64,000 bases of DNA from a virus. The stretch's first letter is position 1. Each line of letters opens with the position of its first letter. The translations under genes were made by a program, and so were the position numbers. Below, one piece after another: positions 18,330 to 29,120 of this stretch. The notes beneath the pieces were generated by a model that was not told the origin of the DNA, made no database searches, and saw only the letters and a list, made by a program, of their open reading frames with translations. The stretch spans positions 32,920 to 96,919 of IMG/VR virus record IMGVR_UViG_3300032092_003271. One strand, 5' to 3'.

Positions 18330-20576
18330 ATGGCATACCAAAATATAAATCAATATAACTACCCAAAGTTAAAGTTACAACTCATTTATGATGGGCAAGA
18401 TATGTCTTTGGCGTCTGATGAGGTAGACTTTAATCAAGAGGTAGTTTTTTCTCCATATATAATAGGTACAGATAATGGTGAAAAATTACCTGTGAATGTT
18501 GATTTAAATAGTCCATTATCAACTCAAAACTTAACATTGAGCTATGGTGTGTATAACCCTAATAATGTTGTAATCTCAGAATCATTTTATGAACCTAAAG
18601 ATTTAAGAATTGATTGTTTTACTGCAGGAACAACTTGTGATATTGGTTTAACGGGAATAGATAATGGTTTAGTTGATAATATTGTCGGTGAAACTTTAAA
18701 TTATACAAATGGTTTATTCACAGATGCGGTTAAGTTTGATAGGATGTTTTACGATAGACGAATGAAGTTCATTCAAACAACTACAAATGTCCCACAAAAT
18801 AATAGATTTTCAGGTATACCAAAATATACGGCCTATGAAATGGTATCTAAAAATAATCCACAAGTTGGGAGATACGTTGAATTATATGGTGGGTTTTATC
18901 AAGGATTTTATAAATTGTTTGGTTATGATTATGAAATTCTACCCGAAAGAATGAAAAAAGGGTGGTCTGTTGAAATGATCTTGAAACCTAGATTAATTAA
19001 TGAATATACCCCAAAACCTGGATACGAAACACTAAATCAAATTTACCCGAATAATAAAAATACTTTATTTTATTTAGGGACAAGAGCTGAAAATAAATTT
19101 TACCATTATGCCGATGGATCACCAAAATGTGATCCTAATTATGTTAGAGTGACTTCAGAATTAGCGGGATGTTTTCAAACGTGCGCTTGTTGTAATTATG
19201 ACGTAAATAATAGTAGATGTATATACGTATACCCGCCAAGACCAATTGGTGGTGTTTATGACCCACATATTAATTATGGTTGTAATCTTTGTAATGGAAA
19301 TCCTGAGACTAAACTCACTTGTGGATGTGGTTGTGATTTAGATCCTTGTCTCACTTGTGGATGGATGTGTTTTGAACATAAATGTAGCACAGTTATAGTC
19401 CCTTCCCCTACACCAACACCAACTCCTACACCAACCCCTCCTTGTGATACTTACCCAACTGAAGTTTCGTGTCCACCAAAACCTTGTTGTACATCATGCC
19501 CAAGTTGTGGATGCGATACTTGCGGTTGTCCACCACCATACCCATCAGATACATTTTCATCTATTGAGGATACTTGTGAAAAGGACCCCAAGTTTGATGC
19601 ATTATCAAACAATTTTTCAATTAGATTGTGCGGTGACCCAAAGAATCCAGGAATTGGTATTAGAGTTTTAAAAATAACAGGAGATTGTGAAACTACAGGA
19701 ACATGCGTAACAGGACAAACATATGTAACAGGTTATACAATACAAGATATTTGTACACCACCAATTTATCCTTTTTGTTTACAAACTAATCCTGCTTGGT
19801 TGGAGTATGAGCATTGGTTCCAATTAGACGTTGTGTTTGAAAGATACACGTTTATTGATTATTGTGATTTAAGATGGTTTGGAGGTTTAGATCAAATTAC
19901 AAGAGTTGAGTTTTTGGCCTCTCTTGCTAATAACACGGTATCTTTAATTGGACCTCCTGTAACAAATGGTTATGATGTTCCACAACAAGTTGAGATAGTA
20001 CAATTAAATCAAATATGGTTAGATGAGACAAAGTTTAGAAGAGGTAGATTAAGAATTTTTATTAATGGAAGAATATTCTACACAATTGAAGATTTTGAAG
20101 AAGTTATACCAAGAGCTTTAGATACTGATAAAGAAAAACAAGTTGCGGTTCCATTTAATATGTCTTGGGGTGGAGGAACACAAGGTTTACATGAAAATTT
20201 AACTTTATCATCATGTACCGCAACAACTATTGGTGATTATATACAAGATCCTGAATGTTTTCCTGAAAATATTTTAAGTGCAACTACTTTAAATAAATTA
20301 AAAACACACATTCTTTTAGAAGAAAATTTTGCAGGAACTTTTGAAGGTGGAATATCCCAATTTAGATTTTATACTGAACCTTTATCAGCTCCCGAAGTCA
20401 AACATAATTTTAAATTATTGAAAGATAAATTTATGATGTTTGACCCTGATTGCCCTGTTTGTAACACTGAAACTTGTGCGCCTAACGATTACACATATAT
20501 AATTTCTAATGATGTAACAACTACAACCACAACATCATCAGGATCAACAGGTAGAGTTTCTTTTAGTTTAGGTTAA
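18330..20576 (+). CDS. Cys-rich putative structural protein with Pro-Thr linker, possibly an interrupted LamG-like fold
   Basis: GWSVEM, HWFQLDVVF, LRIFING, GGISQFRFYTEPLSAPEVKHNF resemble LamG strands; Cys-rich inserts. Confidence 0.55.
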   Translation: MAYQNINQYNYPKLKLQLIYDGQDMSLASDEVDFNQEVVFSPYIIGTDNGEKLPVNVDLNSPLSTQNLTLSYGVYNPNNVVISESFYEPKDLRIDCFTAGTTCDIGLTGIDNGLVDNIVGETLNYTNGLFTDAVKFDRMFYDRRMKFIQTTTNVPQNNRFSGIPKYTAYEMVSKNNPQVGRYVELYGGFYQGFYKLFGYDYEILPERMKKGWSVEMILKPRLINEYTPKPGYETLNQIYPNNKNTLFYLGTRAENKFYHYADGSPKCDPNYVRVTSELAGCFQTCACCNYDVNNSRCIYVYPPRPIGGVYDPHINYGCNLCNGNPETKLTCGCGCDLDPCLTCGWMCFEHKCSTVIVPSPTPTPTPTPTPPCDTYPTEVSCPPKPCCTSCPSCGCDTCGCPPPYPSDTFSSIEDTCEKDPKFDALSNNFSIRLCGDPKNPGIGIRVLKITGDCETTGTCVTGQTYVTGYTIQDICTPPIYPFCLQTNPAWLEYEHWFQLDVVFERYTFIDYCDLRWFGGLDQITRVEFLASLANNTVSLIGPPVTNGYDVPQQVEIVQLNQIWLDETKFRRGRLRIFINGRIFYTIEDFEEVIPRALDTDKEKQVAVPFNMSWGGGTQGLHENLTLSSCTATTIGDYIQDPECFPENILSATTLNKLKTHILLEENFAGTFEGGISQFRFYTEPLSAPEVKHNFKLLKDKFMMFDPDCPVCNTETCAPNDYTYIISNDVTTTTTTSSGSTGRVSFSLG

Positions 20577-20624
20577 ATCAAAAAGATATAAATAAGGTTA
20601 TGGTTGTATTTATTTAGAAATACA

Positions 20625-21650
20625 ATGAGTCAAATTATTACAATAAATAGTATCAATCACGACGGTGAACTAGCCAATGTTTTGTTCACGCCTGATAATG
20701 ATCCTGTTGTGATAAATTTGGGTGACATAACTTTACCATTTGTTTTTGAACCATCTTTATTAATACCACCAAGAGAAGTTTATGGAACTTACACAATTTA
20801 CACATATGAGGATAAATGTACTAATATATTACAAGTACCACGCCCAACACCTACACCGACACCAACAGTAACACCAACAAGAACTGCAACGCCAACACCT
20901 ACACCAACACCAACAGTAACACCAACATACGAACCTTGTGCTTCTGCAACACCTGCACCAACACAAAATCCTACACCGACGCCAACAAGAACCCCAAGAC
21001 CTACACCGACGCCAACGACTACACTACCACCTTGTTTGTCACAAACACCGACACCAACACCGACACCAACACCGACTACACCTCCGAATTATTTCGCGTA
21101 TTTGTTTATAGAACCTGTTTCAGGATCATCCGCAATTGGTTCGTATATGTATTCGAATGGATCTAACTTCTTCGGATTCACAAACGCTTCCCAACCAACA
21201 CAAAGTCAGACGCAATTCAATATAGATATGAATTTATATATGAACTACTCTTCATGGACTAATGGACAATTCCCTAGCATCATTGTCCAATCTGTTTCAC
21301 AAACTACAGGTGGTGATGATCTATTTGGAAACCCAATCAGTAAATATAATTTCTTTACAACAGAAATTAAATCTGGTACAGTACTTTCAAAAGCTTGGTA
21401 CACTTGGTTTATTCCTGTAATTGCGACAAATAATGAAATACAAACTGAAATCTACATTAATGCAATGGGTAACCCGACCCAACAAGAATCTGTTGGAACT
21501 GAACCTACTATTAATAGTTATTTAGTTAACTACACAGGATCAACGATTCCTTCAGGAACTTATCGAGTTTATACAACATTCCCTAACCAAATATTTAGGT
21601 TAAACAATAATAACAATATTTATTTTAGAGGTAGCGATACCCAACCATAA
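20625..21650 (+). CDS. putative virion protein with mucin-like Pro-Thr tract
   Basis: about 80-residue (PT)n region; TATTTAT 11 nt upstream of ATG 20625 supports this start. Confidence 0.6.
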   Translation: MSQIITINSINHDGELANVLFTPDNDPVVINLGDITLPFVFEPSLLIPPREVYGTYTIYTYEDKCTNILQVPRPTPTPTPTVTPTRTATPTPTPTPTVTPTYEPCASATPAPTQNPTPTPTRTPRPTPTPTTTLPPCLSQTPTPTPTPTPTTPPNYFAYLFIEPVSGSSAIGSYMYSNGSNFFGFTNASQPTQSQTQFNIDMNLYMNYSSWTNGQFPSIIVQSVSQTTGGDDLFGNPISKYNFFTTEIKSGTVLSKAWYTWFIPVIATNNEIQTEIYINAMGNPTQQESVGTEPTINSYLVNYTGSTIPSGTYRVYTTFPNQIFRLNNNNNIYFRGSDTQP

Positions 21651-21662
21651 AATTGATATAGA

Positions 21663-24600
21663 ATGGCAAATCCATATAAAAATCCACAAACACCTTTATT
21701 AGCGGTTGGAACTTTCTCAGTTCAACCAAGTCAGACATTTGGTACTAATTTTAGTATATATAGTGTTGGTGGTTATATGGAAGTTTATGAACTTCAGGAT
21801 TTAATTTATACAATCCCAACTGGATCTCAAGGAGATATAGAATTTTCAGGTAATACAATTCCAATACAATTCCAAAAAGGTAGTGGATCGGTTTTCTCAC
21901 CTGACGTTTTAACATTAAATTCGGATAATATTTCGTCAGGTCGTAGAAGACTTGGTATGTTGGCGTATGTTTATTCAACACAAGAAATATTCCAATATAA
22001 TATCCCAAATTATACGACACTTTGGAATAACGCATTGGCGGCTTCAGGACCTGGTGGACCAACCGTACTACAATCAAAATTTGGAACCACAGTAAAAAGT
22101 AATTCAGCTGCAGGACAAGCGTTAATTAATGCTTGGACAGGATCAACAATTCAGGGTCACAGTGGTGGAACTGCCAATTCTAATTGGAGATTATTAGACA
22201 CAGGTGGATGTTGTATTACAGGATTTACATACAACAATGACAATAGTTTCACTATATACGATGATAATGGTGGTGTATTTACCGCATCTTTTGATGTTGT
22301 TACAGGATTGACAGTATCAGGAGGATCTTTAATTGTTAATGGTGTTAATATTACAGGTGACACATTTACAACAGGAGGTACATATTTTAGTGCAACAAGT
22401 ACAATAGATTTATATGACAATCAAGGGGGTATTGTTACAATTACAGGTATAACGGCATCAGGTGTTGCAGGATCAAACGGATCTTCAGGTTCTAGCGGTA
22501 CTTCAGGAACATCAGGAACATCAGGATCTAATGGATCTTCAGGTATATCCGGTTCTTCAGGATCTAGTGGGACTAGCGGAACATCAGGTGTAAGCGGTTT
22601 ATCAGGAACGAGCGGTTCTTCAGGTTCTTCAGGTTCTTCAGGAATTTCAGGATCTTCAGGGACTTCAGGAACTAGAGGTTCTTCAGGGACTTCAGGAACT
22701 TCAGGGACTAGAGGTTCTTCAGGTAGTTCAGGAAGTGGTGGTACAAGCGGTACAAGCGGAGTTAGTGGTGCGTCAGGAACTAGCGGTACAAACGGTACAA
22801 GCGGTAGTTCAGGAACATCAGGAAGTAGTGGTACAAACGGTACTTCAGGAACATCAGGAACTTCTGGTACAGGTGGTACTTCAGGTATAAACGGACAATC
22901 AAATTCATTATTCCCATATAACGCAAGAGTAGATATCCAATCAGGAGATCCAGGTAATACAAATATTATTTGGAATAATGTAACACAATCGGCATCAACA
23001 CAAATAAATATTTCACATTTAGATAATGATAATGATGATATTGATATATTTTTGGGGTTAATTCCAAGTGGAACAACAATTATTATCCAAGACCAAATTA
23101 ATTCAACTGAATTTCAAAAATGGATTGTTGGAGTTGGTGTTGAAGCGGCTCCCAATTCATATTGGACTTTTCCTGTTACATTAGTATCATCAACCATTGA
23201 ATTTACAGGTGGGGAAAATATATTATTTATTATAGGACAATTACCTTCTGGAACAAGTGGGGTATCAGGAACATCAGGAACATCAGGATCTAATGGTTCT
23301 TCAGGTACGTCAGGAAATAGCGGTACAGACGGAACTTCAGGGTCTAGTGGTTCTTCAGGAAGTAGTGGTTCTTCAGGAAGAAGTGGTTCTTCAGGTACGT
23401 CAGGAACTAGCGGTATAGATGGAAACGATTCTTCGAATAGTGGTAGATGGGGATATGAGGGCATTTCTACTACTCCCGGACCTGGTCGTTTTGGGACGGA
23501 TAACCCGGTAATGAGTTTAATTGGGTATGTCTACATAAATTCAGAAGCCGAAAACGGTGTAGATTATTCTACATGGCTTTCAGGAGTAGATAGTATACAA
23601 AACCTTGGATTCCCTGTTTCTTTACAAATTACACAGGTAGGTTCTAACAATATTATCGGTATATGGGAAGTTGTTTCTATTACTTCAACAGGTAGTGTTT
23701 ACGAGTTTCAAGTTGACCCGCCATTTGTTACAAATGGTACTATAACAGATACTTGTACAATATCATGGGTATATAATGGGATCAGTGGTTCTTCAGGTTC
23801 TTCAGGAATTTCAGGATCTTCAGGAATTTCAGGTTCTTCAGGTTCTTCAGGTTCTTCAGGTTCTTCAGGAATTTCAGGATCTTCAGGGACTTCAGGAACT
23901 AGAGGTTCTTCAGGGACTTCAGGGACTAGAGGTTCTTCAGGTAGTTCAGGTTCTTCAGGGACTTCAGGGACTAGAGGTTCTTCAGGGACTTCAGGGGCTT
24001 CAGTTGCCGTTAATGGTATCACAAATTACGTTGTTAAATTTACAGGGTCAACAGGTATCGGTAATAGTCAAATTTTTGATAATGGAACCACAGTAAGTAT
24101 CGGTACATCCGCATCGACTAGTAATTACAAATTAGATGTTCGTGGAGCAACCATTATGTCTGCAACAACAGGAACAAGTCTAACTGTAATTAGTTCAGGT
24201 AACAGTACATCGGCACCCGTACTTTCAGTCCAAGGATCACAAGGCGAATTGTTTAGTGTTACGGATAGTTTAATTGGATCTTTATTTTCCGTTAATGACA
24301 TTTCAGGTTTACCTATACTGGAGGTATTTTCTGATAGTACCACAATAATTGGTAACTATTTAGCGCCTTCATTATATACGACAACAAAAGTAACATCGAT
24401 AACTGCATCAACTGGAACAACAATATATTCAATACCGATCAGTGCATACACATCTTCATTTATTGATTATTATGTAAGTGGAGCCACAGGTATGAGAGCA
24501 GGTAATATTATGGCAATATGGAGCGGGACTACTGTACAATCAACAGATAATTCAACCGCAGACATCGGTAGTACAACACCTTTAACATTTGGGTTTTTGG

Positions 24601-24680
24601 TTTCGGGGTCAACAACATTATTTAGTGCGTCAGCATCAACAGGGAATTGGACTGTTGAGTCCATAATAAGGGCATTGTAA
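21663..24680 (+). CDS. fibre-like protein with three Gly-Ser/Thr-Ser triplet-repeat tracts
   Basis: (GSS/GTS)n tracts separated by globular domains; C-terminal phage fibre-like beta-rich region. Confidence 0.7.
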   Translation: MANPYKNPQTPLLAVGTFSVQPSQTFGTNFSIYSVGGYMEVYELQDLIYTIPTGSQGDIEFSGNTIPIQFQKGSGSVFSPDVLTLNSDNISSGRRRLGMLAYVYSTQEIFQYNIPNYTTLWNNALAASGPGGPTVLQSKFGTTVKSNSAAGQALINAWTGSTIQGHSGGTANSNWRLLDTGGCCITGFTYNNDNSFTIYDDNGGVFTASFDVVTGLTVSGGSLIVNGVNITGDTFTTGGTYFSATSTIDLYDNQGGIVTITGITASGVAGSNGSSGSSGTSGTSGTSGSNGSSGISGSSGSSGTSGTSGVSGLSGTSGSSGSSGSSGISGSSGTSGTRGSSGTSGTSGTRGSSGSSGSGGTSGTSGVSGASGTSGTNGTSGSSGTSGSSGTNGTSGTSGTSGTGGTSGINGQSNSLFPYNARVDIQSGDPGNTNIIWNNVTQSASTQINISHLDNDNDDIDIFLGLIPSGTTIIIQDQINSTEFQKWIVGVGVEAAPNSYWTFPVTLVSSTIEFTGGENILFIIGQLPSGTSGVSGTSGTSGSNGSSGTSGNSGTDGTSGSSGSSGSSGSSGRSGSSGTSGTSGIDGNDSSNSGRWGYEGISTTPGPGRFGTDNPVMSLIGYVYINSEAENGVDYSTWLSGVDSIQNLGFPVSLQITQVGSNNIIGIWEVVSITSTGSVYEFQVDPPFVTNGTITDTCTISWVYNGISGSSGSSGISGSSGISGSSGSSGSSGSSGISGSSGTSGTRGSSGTSGTRGSSGSSGSSGTSGTRGSSGTSGASVAVNGITNYVVKFTGSTGIGNSQIFDNGTTVSIGTSASTSNYKLDVRGATIMSATTGTSLTVISSGNSTSAPVLSVQGSQGELFSVTDSLIGSLFSVNDISGLPILEVFSDSTTIIGNYLAPSLYTTTKVTSITASTGTTIYSIPISAYTSSFIDYYVSGATGMRAGNIMAIWSGTTVQSTDNSTADIGSTTPLTFGFLVSGSTTLFSASASTGNWTVESIIRAL

Positions 24681-24681
24681 T

Positions 24682-25386
24682 ATGGCATTTAATTATTCAC
24701 CTAAAATAGTTACAGATAGATTAGCCATGTATTTAGATGCGGCTAACACCAAATCATATGTTTCAGGTTCAACTACCGCCTATTCATTAACTGGATCGAT
24801 TAACGGTTCATTAATTAATGGAACAGGATATAGTAATATAAATGGAGGGGCTTGGAGGTTTGACGGTATAGATGATAGTATTTTTTATGGTCTTCAACCA
24901 ATTAACTTTAATCCCTCAACTCAACCTTTCTCTATGGGTGGATGGGCCAATTTACTTTCAACCGGAGGAAATGGAAATAGGGCCGTAATATTAGACATAT
25001 GCGGTACTAATACATCTCGTTTATATATTGCTATAGATAAAACTAATTTACGTTTGATTGTTGATATAAGACCACCTGCCGGAACAGTTTACGTTCCAGT
25101 ATCCGGTAATACAAATTCAATTTCATTAGGAAGATGGGTTTATGGTATGGTTACATTCGATGGGGGTACTATTAATTTATATCAAAATGGAGAATTAATT
25201 AGTACCGCAACTGGTTTTACTAATTACCCCGTTATAAATTACAATTGGTATAGCGGATTTCAAGATGATGATGACGCAGATATGAATGGATATATAAGTT
25301 CAGTCTCATTTTATCTAAAAACATTATCGGCATCAGAAGTTCTCCAAAACTATAACGCAATTAAATCACGATACGGATTATTATAA
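24682..25386 (+). CDS. LamG/concanavalin A-like domain protein
   Basis: YLDAAN..SY, FDGIDD, W.Y.MVTFDG, LYQNG, LSASEVLQNYNA.K.RYGL. Confidence 0.85.
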   Translation: MAFNYSPKIVTDRLAMYLDAANTKSYVSGSTTAYSLTGSINGSLINGTGYSNINGGAWRFDGIDDSIFYGLQPINFNPSTQPFSMGGWANLLSTGGNGNRAVILDICGTNTSRLYIAIDKTNLRLIVDIRPPAGTVYVPVSGNTNSISLGRWVYGMVTFDGGTINLYQNGELISTATGFTNYPVINYNWYSGFQDDDDADMNGYISSVSFYLKTLSASEVLQNYNAIKSRYGLL

Positions 25387-26114
25387 TGGCAGGAAGAATA
25401 ACATATTACGGTGCTGTAGTAAAAGACGGTCTTGTTTTAGATTTAGATGCCGCAAAACGTGATTCATATATTGGAAATGGAATTGTATGGACGGATGTTT
25501 CAGGATTCCAAAATATTGGTACGTTAACAAATGGACCTACATTTGATTCAAACAATGGGGGTAGTATTCTATTTGATGGTGTAGATGATGAGGTTCTTGT
25601 TGGTAATGACCGTTATACTATGGTTTCGGCAATGACTTGGGACATATGGGTTAAAAGAATTTCTGATGGAAATGTATTCAACATGATGATGAGTAATTTT
25701 ATGCCATATATGGCTTTCAGAGGGACTGATAGCGGCTCAGACATAAATAAATTTAATGTTGCATACCGTACAGTCACAGGAGTTACGACAACTCAAAGAA
25801 ATTTATTAACGACAGGCGCAACTTTTAGTAATAACATATGGTATAATTTTACTTACACTTTATTGTATGATTTACAAAATCAACTTGCAACCGCAAAAAT
25901 TTATGTTAACGGAGTATTCAACACGTCATCTTCAAATAACAGTGATTCAGTTTACCAACCATCTGTAGGTAGTAGATTACGTTTAGGTAACTATACGTCA
26001 AATCAATATCCGTTTCCTGGTAACATTAGTAATTTTAAAATCTATCATAAAATACTTTCAGACTCAGAAGTTCTCCAAAACTATAATGCACTAAAAGGGA
26101 GGTACGGACTATGA
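25386..26114 (+). CDS. LamG/concanavalin A-like domain protein
   Basis: GLVLDLDAA, GTLTNGPTF, FDGVDD, WYNFT, IYVNG, LSDSEVLQNYNA. Confidence 0.85.
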   Translation: MAGRITYYGAVVKDGLVLDLDAAKRDSYIGNGIVWTDVSGFQNIGTLTNGPTFDSNNGGSILFDGVDDEVLVGNDRYTMVSAMTWDIWVKRISDGNVFNMMMSNFMPYMAFRGTDSGSDINKFNVAYRTVTGVTTTQRNLLTTGATFSNNIWYNFTYTLLYDLQNQLATAKIYVNGVFNTSSSNNSDSVYQPSVGSRLRLGNYTSNQYPFPGNISNFKIYHKILSDSEVLQNYNALKGRYGL

Positions 26115-26821
26115 GTACTCTATCAGGTGGTCCTAATATTGTGACCAATGGGTTGGTATTGTATTTGGATGCTGCAAACCCAAATTCATATGTTTCCGGA
26201 TCAACTACTTGGAGAGATATTTCTCGTAGTGTAAATAATGGGACATTGATAAATGGACCTACATACAGCAGTGCTAATGGTGGATCTATCGTTTTTGATG
26301 GTTCGGATGATTATGTAAATTTAGGTGTTAATTTAAATAATATTTTTATTGGTTCCTCATTCACCGTAAATATGTGGGTTTCTATTTCTATTAATTTACC
26401 GGACGGCAACGGTTATTCTCTAATATCTAACTATAGTGGTGATATTCCAACAAATAATGGGTTTCAATTAGGTTGGAGAGGTGGTTTGGGGGACACCTTA
26501 TACGCTTTTGGGGATGGGTATTTATCTCGTACACTAGATAACGTCACAGGATTAACCTCCAATGTTTGGTACAATATTACTTTTGTATATGTGAGAAACA
26601 CGTCAGGAAACATTTATTTAGATGGTATAAATAAAACCAATAATTCATTTACGAATACAGTTAACGCACCAAACCAAAATTTAAAATTAGGTGTAAGATC
26701 CGATAATAATACTTTCCCATGGTATGGTAAGATGGCAATCACCCAAGTCTATAATCGTGCACTAAGTGATTCTGAAATTTTACAAAACTATAACGCAATT
26801 AAATCACGATTCGGAGTTTAA
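26111..26821 (+). CDS. LamG/concanavalin A-like domain protein
   Basis: GLVLYLDAA, FDGSDDYV, WYNITF, IYLDG, YNRALSDSEILQNYNA. Confidence 0.85.
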   Translation: MSTLSGGPNIVTNGLVLYLDAANPNSYVSGSTTWRDISRSVNNGTLINGPTYSSANGGSIVFDGSDDYVNLGVNLNNIFIGSSFTVNMWVSISINLPDGNGYSLISNYSGDIPTNNGFQLGWRGGLGDTLYAFGDGYLSRTLDNVTGLTSNVWYNITFVYVRNTSGNIYLDGINKTNNSFTNTVNAPNQNLKLGVRSDNNTFPWYGKMAITQVYNRALSDSEILQNYNAIKSRFGV

Positions 26822-26920
26822 TTTTTTTTTAAGGTAATAAACTTTGATAAGGTAATATTTATCTATAAAACATAAATCAAAAGGTTTTCTTTTGGATAGG
26901 GGAAAAAAGAGAAAGAATAG

Positions 26921-29062
26921 ATGGCAAATGAATTTGTTGCAAGGCGTGGTATAACATCTTTGGGTGGTATTACATTACCATATACGGGAGTAAGCTCCAC
27001 ATATACAATCAATACAAACAATTATTTCATTGATTGTACAAGTGGGACATTTACTGTCACCCTTCCGACTGCGGTTGGTATTGCGGGTCAAACTTTTATA
27101 ATAAAAAATAGCGGAGCAGGAACAATAACCGTTGCAACGACAGGTGGTCAAAGTATAGATGGGACTACAACAAAAACATTAACACAATACGAGTCAATAA
27201 CCGTACAAAGTGACGGATCCAATTGGGCTATTGGTAGTACCGCTGAAACGGGAGGATCGGCAATACCAGGTTCAAACAATCAACTATTAACTTCAGATGG
27301 TGCAGGTGGTGCGATTGCAGAATCATTATTAACGTTTGATGGTACAATTACGTCACCGTATTTAAATGTCAATTCAGTAAAAATCGGAAGGGGTAATAAC
27401 AATGTATCAACAAATATTTCAATTGGCGGGATTGCGTTTAGTTCTGGATCAACAGGGTGTAATAATACTGCGATAGGTTTAAATTCTCTTAGTGCTAACA
27501 CAACAGGATCTTTCAATATTGCGATAGGAGGATCCACTTTAAGCGCATCAACTATAGGTAATAGAAATATTGCAATTGGTCACCAATCTCTTCAATCAGG
27601 TGCCGGACTTTGTAATAACGTAGCGATTGGATATAAGTCAGGGGCTCGTTTAGGTAACAATCTCACTCCAACCGATAATATTTTTATTGGGTGTCAAGCT
27701 GGTTACGGTGCAAATACAGGAAATGTTAGTTTTGGTAATATATTATCTGATAATATTGCTATTGGCAAAAAAGCAGGATGTAGTATAGGAAGTAAATACA
27801 ATCCCTCAATATATTGTGGTAATAGTGGATATCCTGATTATATCAATGAGTATGCCCCGGGTTGGGCAACTAGTGGTAAAAATGTTTTTATAGGAAACTA
27901 CGCAGGACAAAATGCCACACCACCATCACCCTGTTCCCCAGCCGCAACAATAATAGGATATAATACGGCAATTGGTCATTGTTCAATGGCCTCTACCACA
28001 TATGGTAAATTAAATACTGCAATAGGATATGCATCTTTAAAATCTAATACCACAGGTAACTACAACGTAGCGATTGGGTTACATTCTCTTTGTTCTAATA
28101 CGTCGGGAAATTTAAACGTAGCAATAGGTACTTGTGCGTTACGTTTAAATACGACCGGAATTCAAAATAATGCGATGGGGTTTAGATCACTAGGAAAAAA
28201 TACATCCGGGCTTAGGAACACGGCAATAGGATATAATACTTTATACGCAAATACGACAGGTACTGATAACTTGGCACTTGGTCATCGTTCTTTATTATTT
28301 AACACTACGGGAGGTAATAACATTGGTTTAGGGGTTTATGCATTACGAAATAATACTACTGGAAACCGTAATACCGCAATAGGTTCAAACGCGTTACGGT
28401 GCAATACTACATGTTCAGATAACACAGCAATAGGGTACTTTGCTTTAGCTTCAAATGATATCTCAAATTTTAACACAGCTATAGGGTCCAATTCCCAAAG
28501 GAATTCCAGCACAGGTGGTGCTAATACTTCAATAGGAACGGATAGTTTAAGGTTTAACACAACAGGTGGTGGTAATAATGCAATAGGTTCCCGTGCTTTA
28601 TATGCTAACACAACAGGTGATGGTAATACAGCAATAGGTAGGAATACTTTATGTTCAAACACAACTGGATTTTTTAACGTAGCTATAGGATTTTATTCTT
28701 TAAATAAAAATACAAATGGCTCACGTAATATAGCAATAGGTAGAGATTCTTTATATGGAAGAACATCCAATTGTGATACAATTGCTATTGGATATAAGGC
28801 TTTTCGTGGTGGTGGTGGTCCATTTTTTCCTGATACTTGTACTACATCCCACAATATTGGTATTGGTGCATATGTAAATTTTGCATGTAATACAGTAGGT
28901 TCTGTTATTATAGGTAGATGTGCTACATCTACGGCAAGTAATCAATTTGTGATTGGTAGTACTACTAATATAGTAGGAGCCGTTACCACAGAAACTTGTT
29001 CTGCAACTAAAACATGGTCTGTAGTAATTAATGGAGTAGCACAAAAAATTCTACTTGCTTAA
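26921..29062 (+). CDS. tail fibre/adhesin with YadA-head-like 14-residue repeats
   Basis: many NTTG.xNxAIG..(A/S)L repeats; N-terminal fibre domain. Confidence 0.8.
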   Translation: MANEFVARRGITSLGGITLPYTGVSSTYTINTNNYFIDCTSGTFTVTLPTAVGIAGQTFIIKNSGAGTITVATTGGQSIDGTTTKTLTQYESITVQSDGSNWAIGSTAETGGSAIPGSNNQLLTSDGAGGAIAESLLTFDGTITSPYLNVNSVKIGRGNNNVSTNISIGGIAFSSGSTGCNNTAIGLNSLSANTTGSFNIAIGGSTLSASTIGNRNIAIGHQSLQSGAGLCNNVAIGYKSGARLGNNLTPTDNIFIGCQAGYGANTGNVSFGNILSDNIAIGKKAGCSIGSKYNPSIYCGNSGYPDYINEYAPGWATSGKNVFIGNYAGQNATPPSPCSPAATIIGYNTAIGHCSMASTTYGKLNTAIGYASLKSNTTGNYNVAIGLHSLCSNTSGNLNVAIGTCALRLNTTGIQNNAMGFRSLGKNTSGLRNTAIGYNTLYANTTGTDNLALGHRSLLFNTTGGNNIGLGVYALRNNTTGNRNTAIGSNALRCNTTCSDNTAIGYFALASNDISNFNTAIGSNSQRNSSTGGANTSIGTDSLRFNTTGGGNNAIGSRALYANTTGDGNTAIGRNTLCSNTTGFFNVAIGFYSLNKNTNGSRNIAIGRDSLYGRTSNCDTIAIGYKAFRGGGGPFFPDTCTTSHNIGIGAYVNFACNTVGSVIIGRCATSTASNQFVIGSTTNIVGAVTTETCSATKTWSVVINGVAQKILLA

Positions 29063-29120
29063 AAAATGACTTTGACATTTAAATTGTAACACTTATGTTT
29101 TATTAAACAAAATAAAATTT

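Noticed and set aside
20587-20594. T4-type late promoter TATAAATA on the plus strand
   Set aside because: Isolated occurrence in AT-rich DNA; the consistently oriented motif before genes is the opposite strand, TATTTAT
22470-24000. CRISPR array or non-coding satellite
   Set aside because: The repeats are 9-bp codon-level units inside an open frame with no unique spacers
23114-24096. Antisense and alternate-frame ORFs with PE/PD or VLQ repeats (also 46695-47624)
   Set aside because: They are shadow frames of the Gly-Ser repeats, which lack stops by composition
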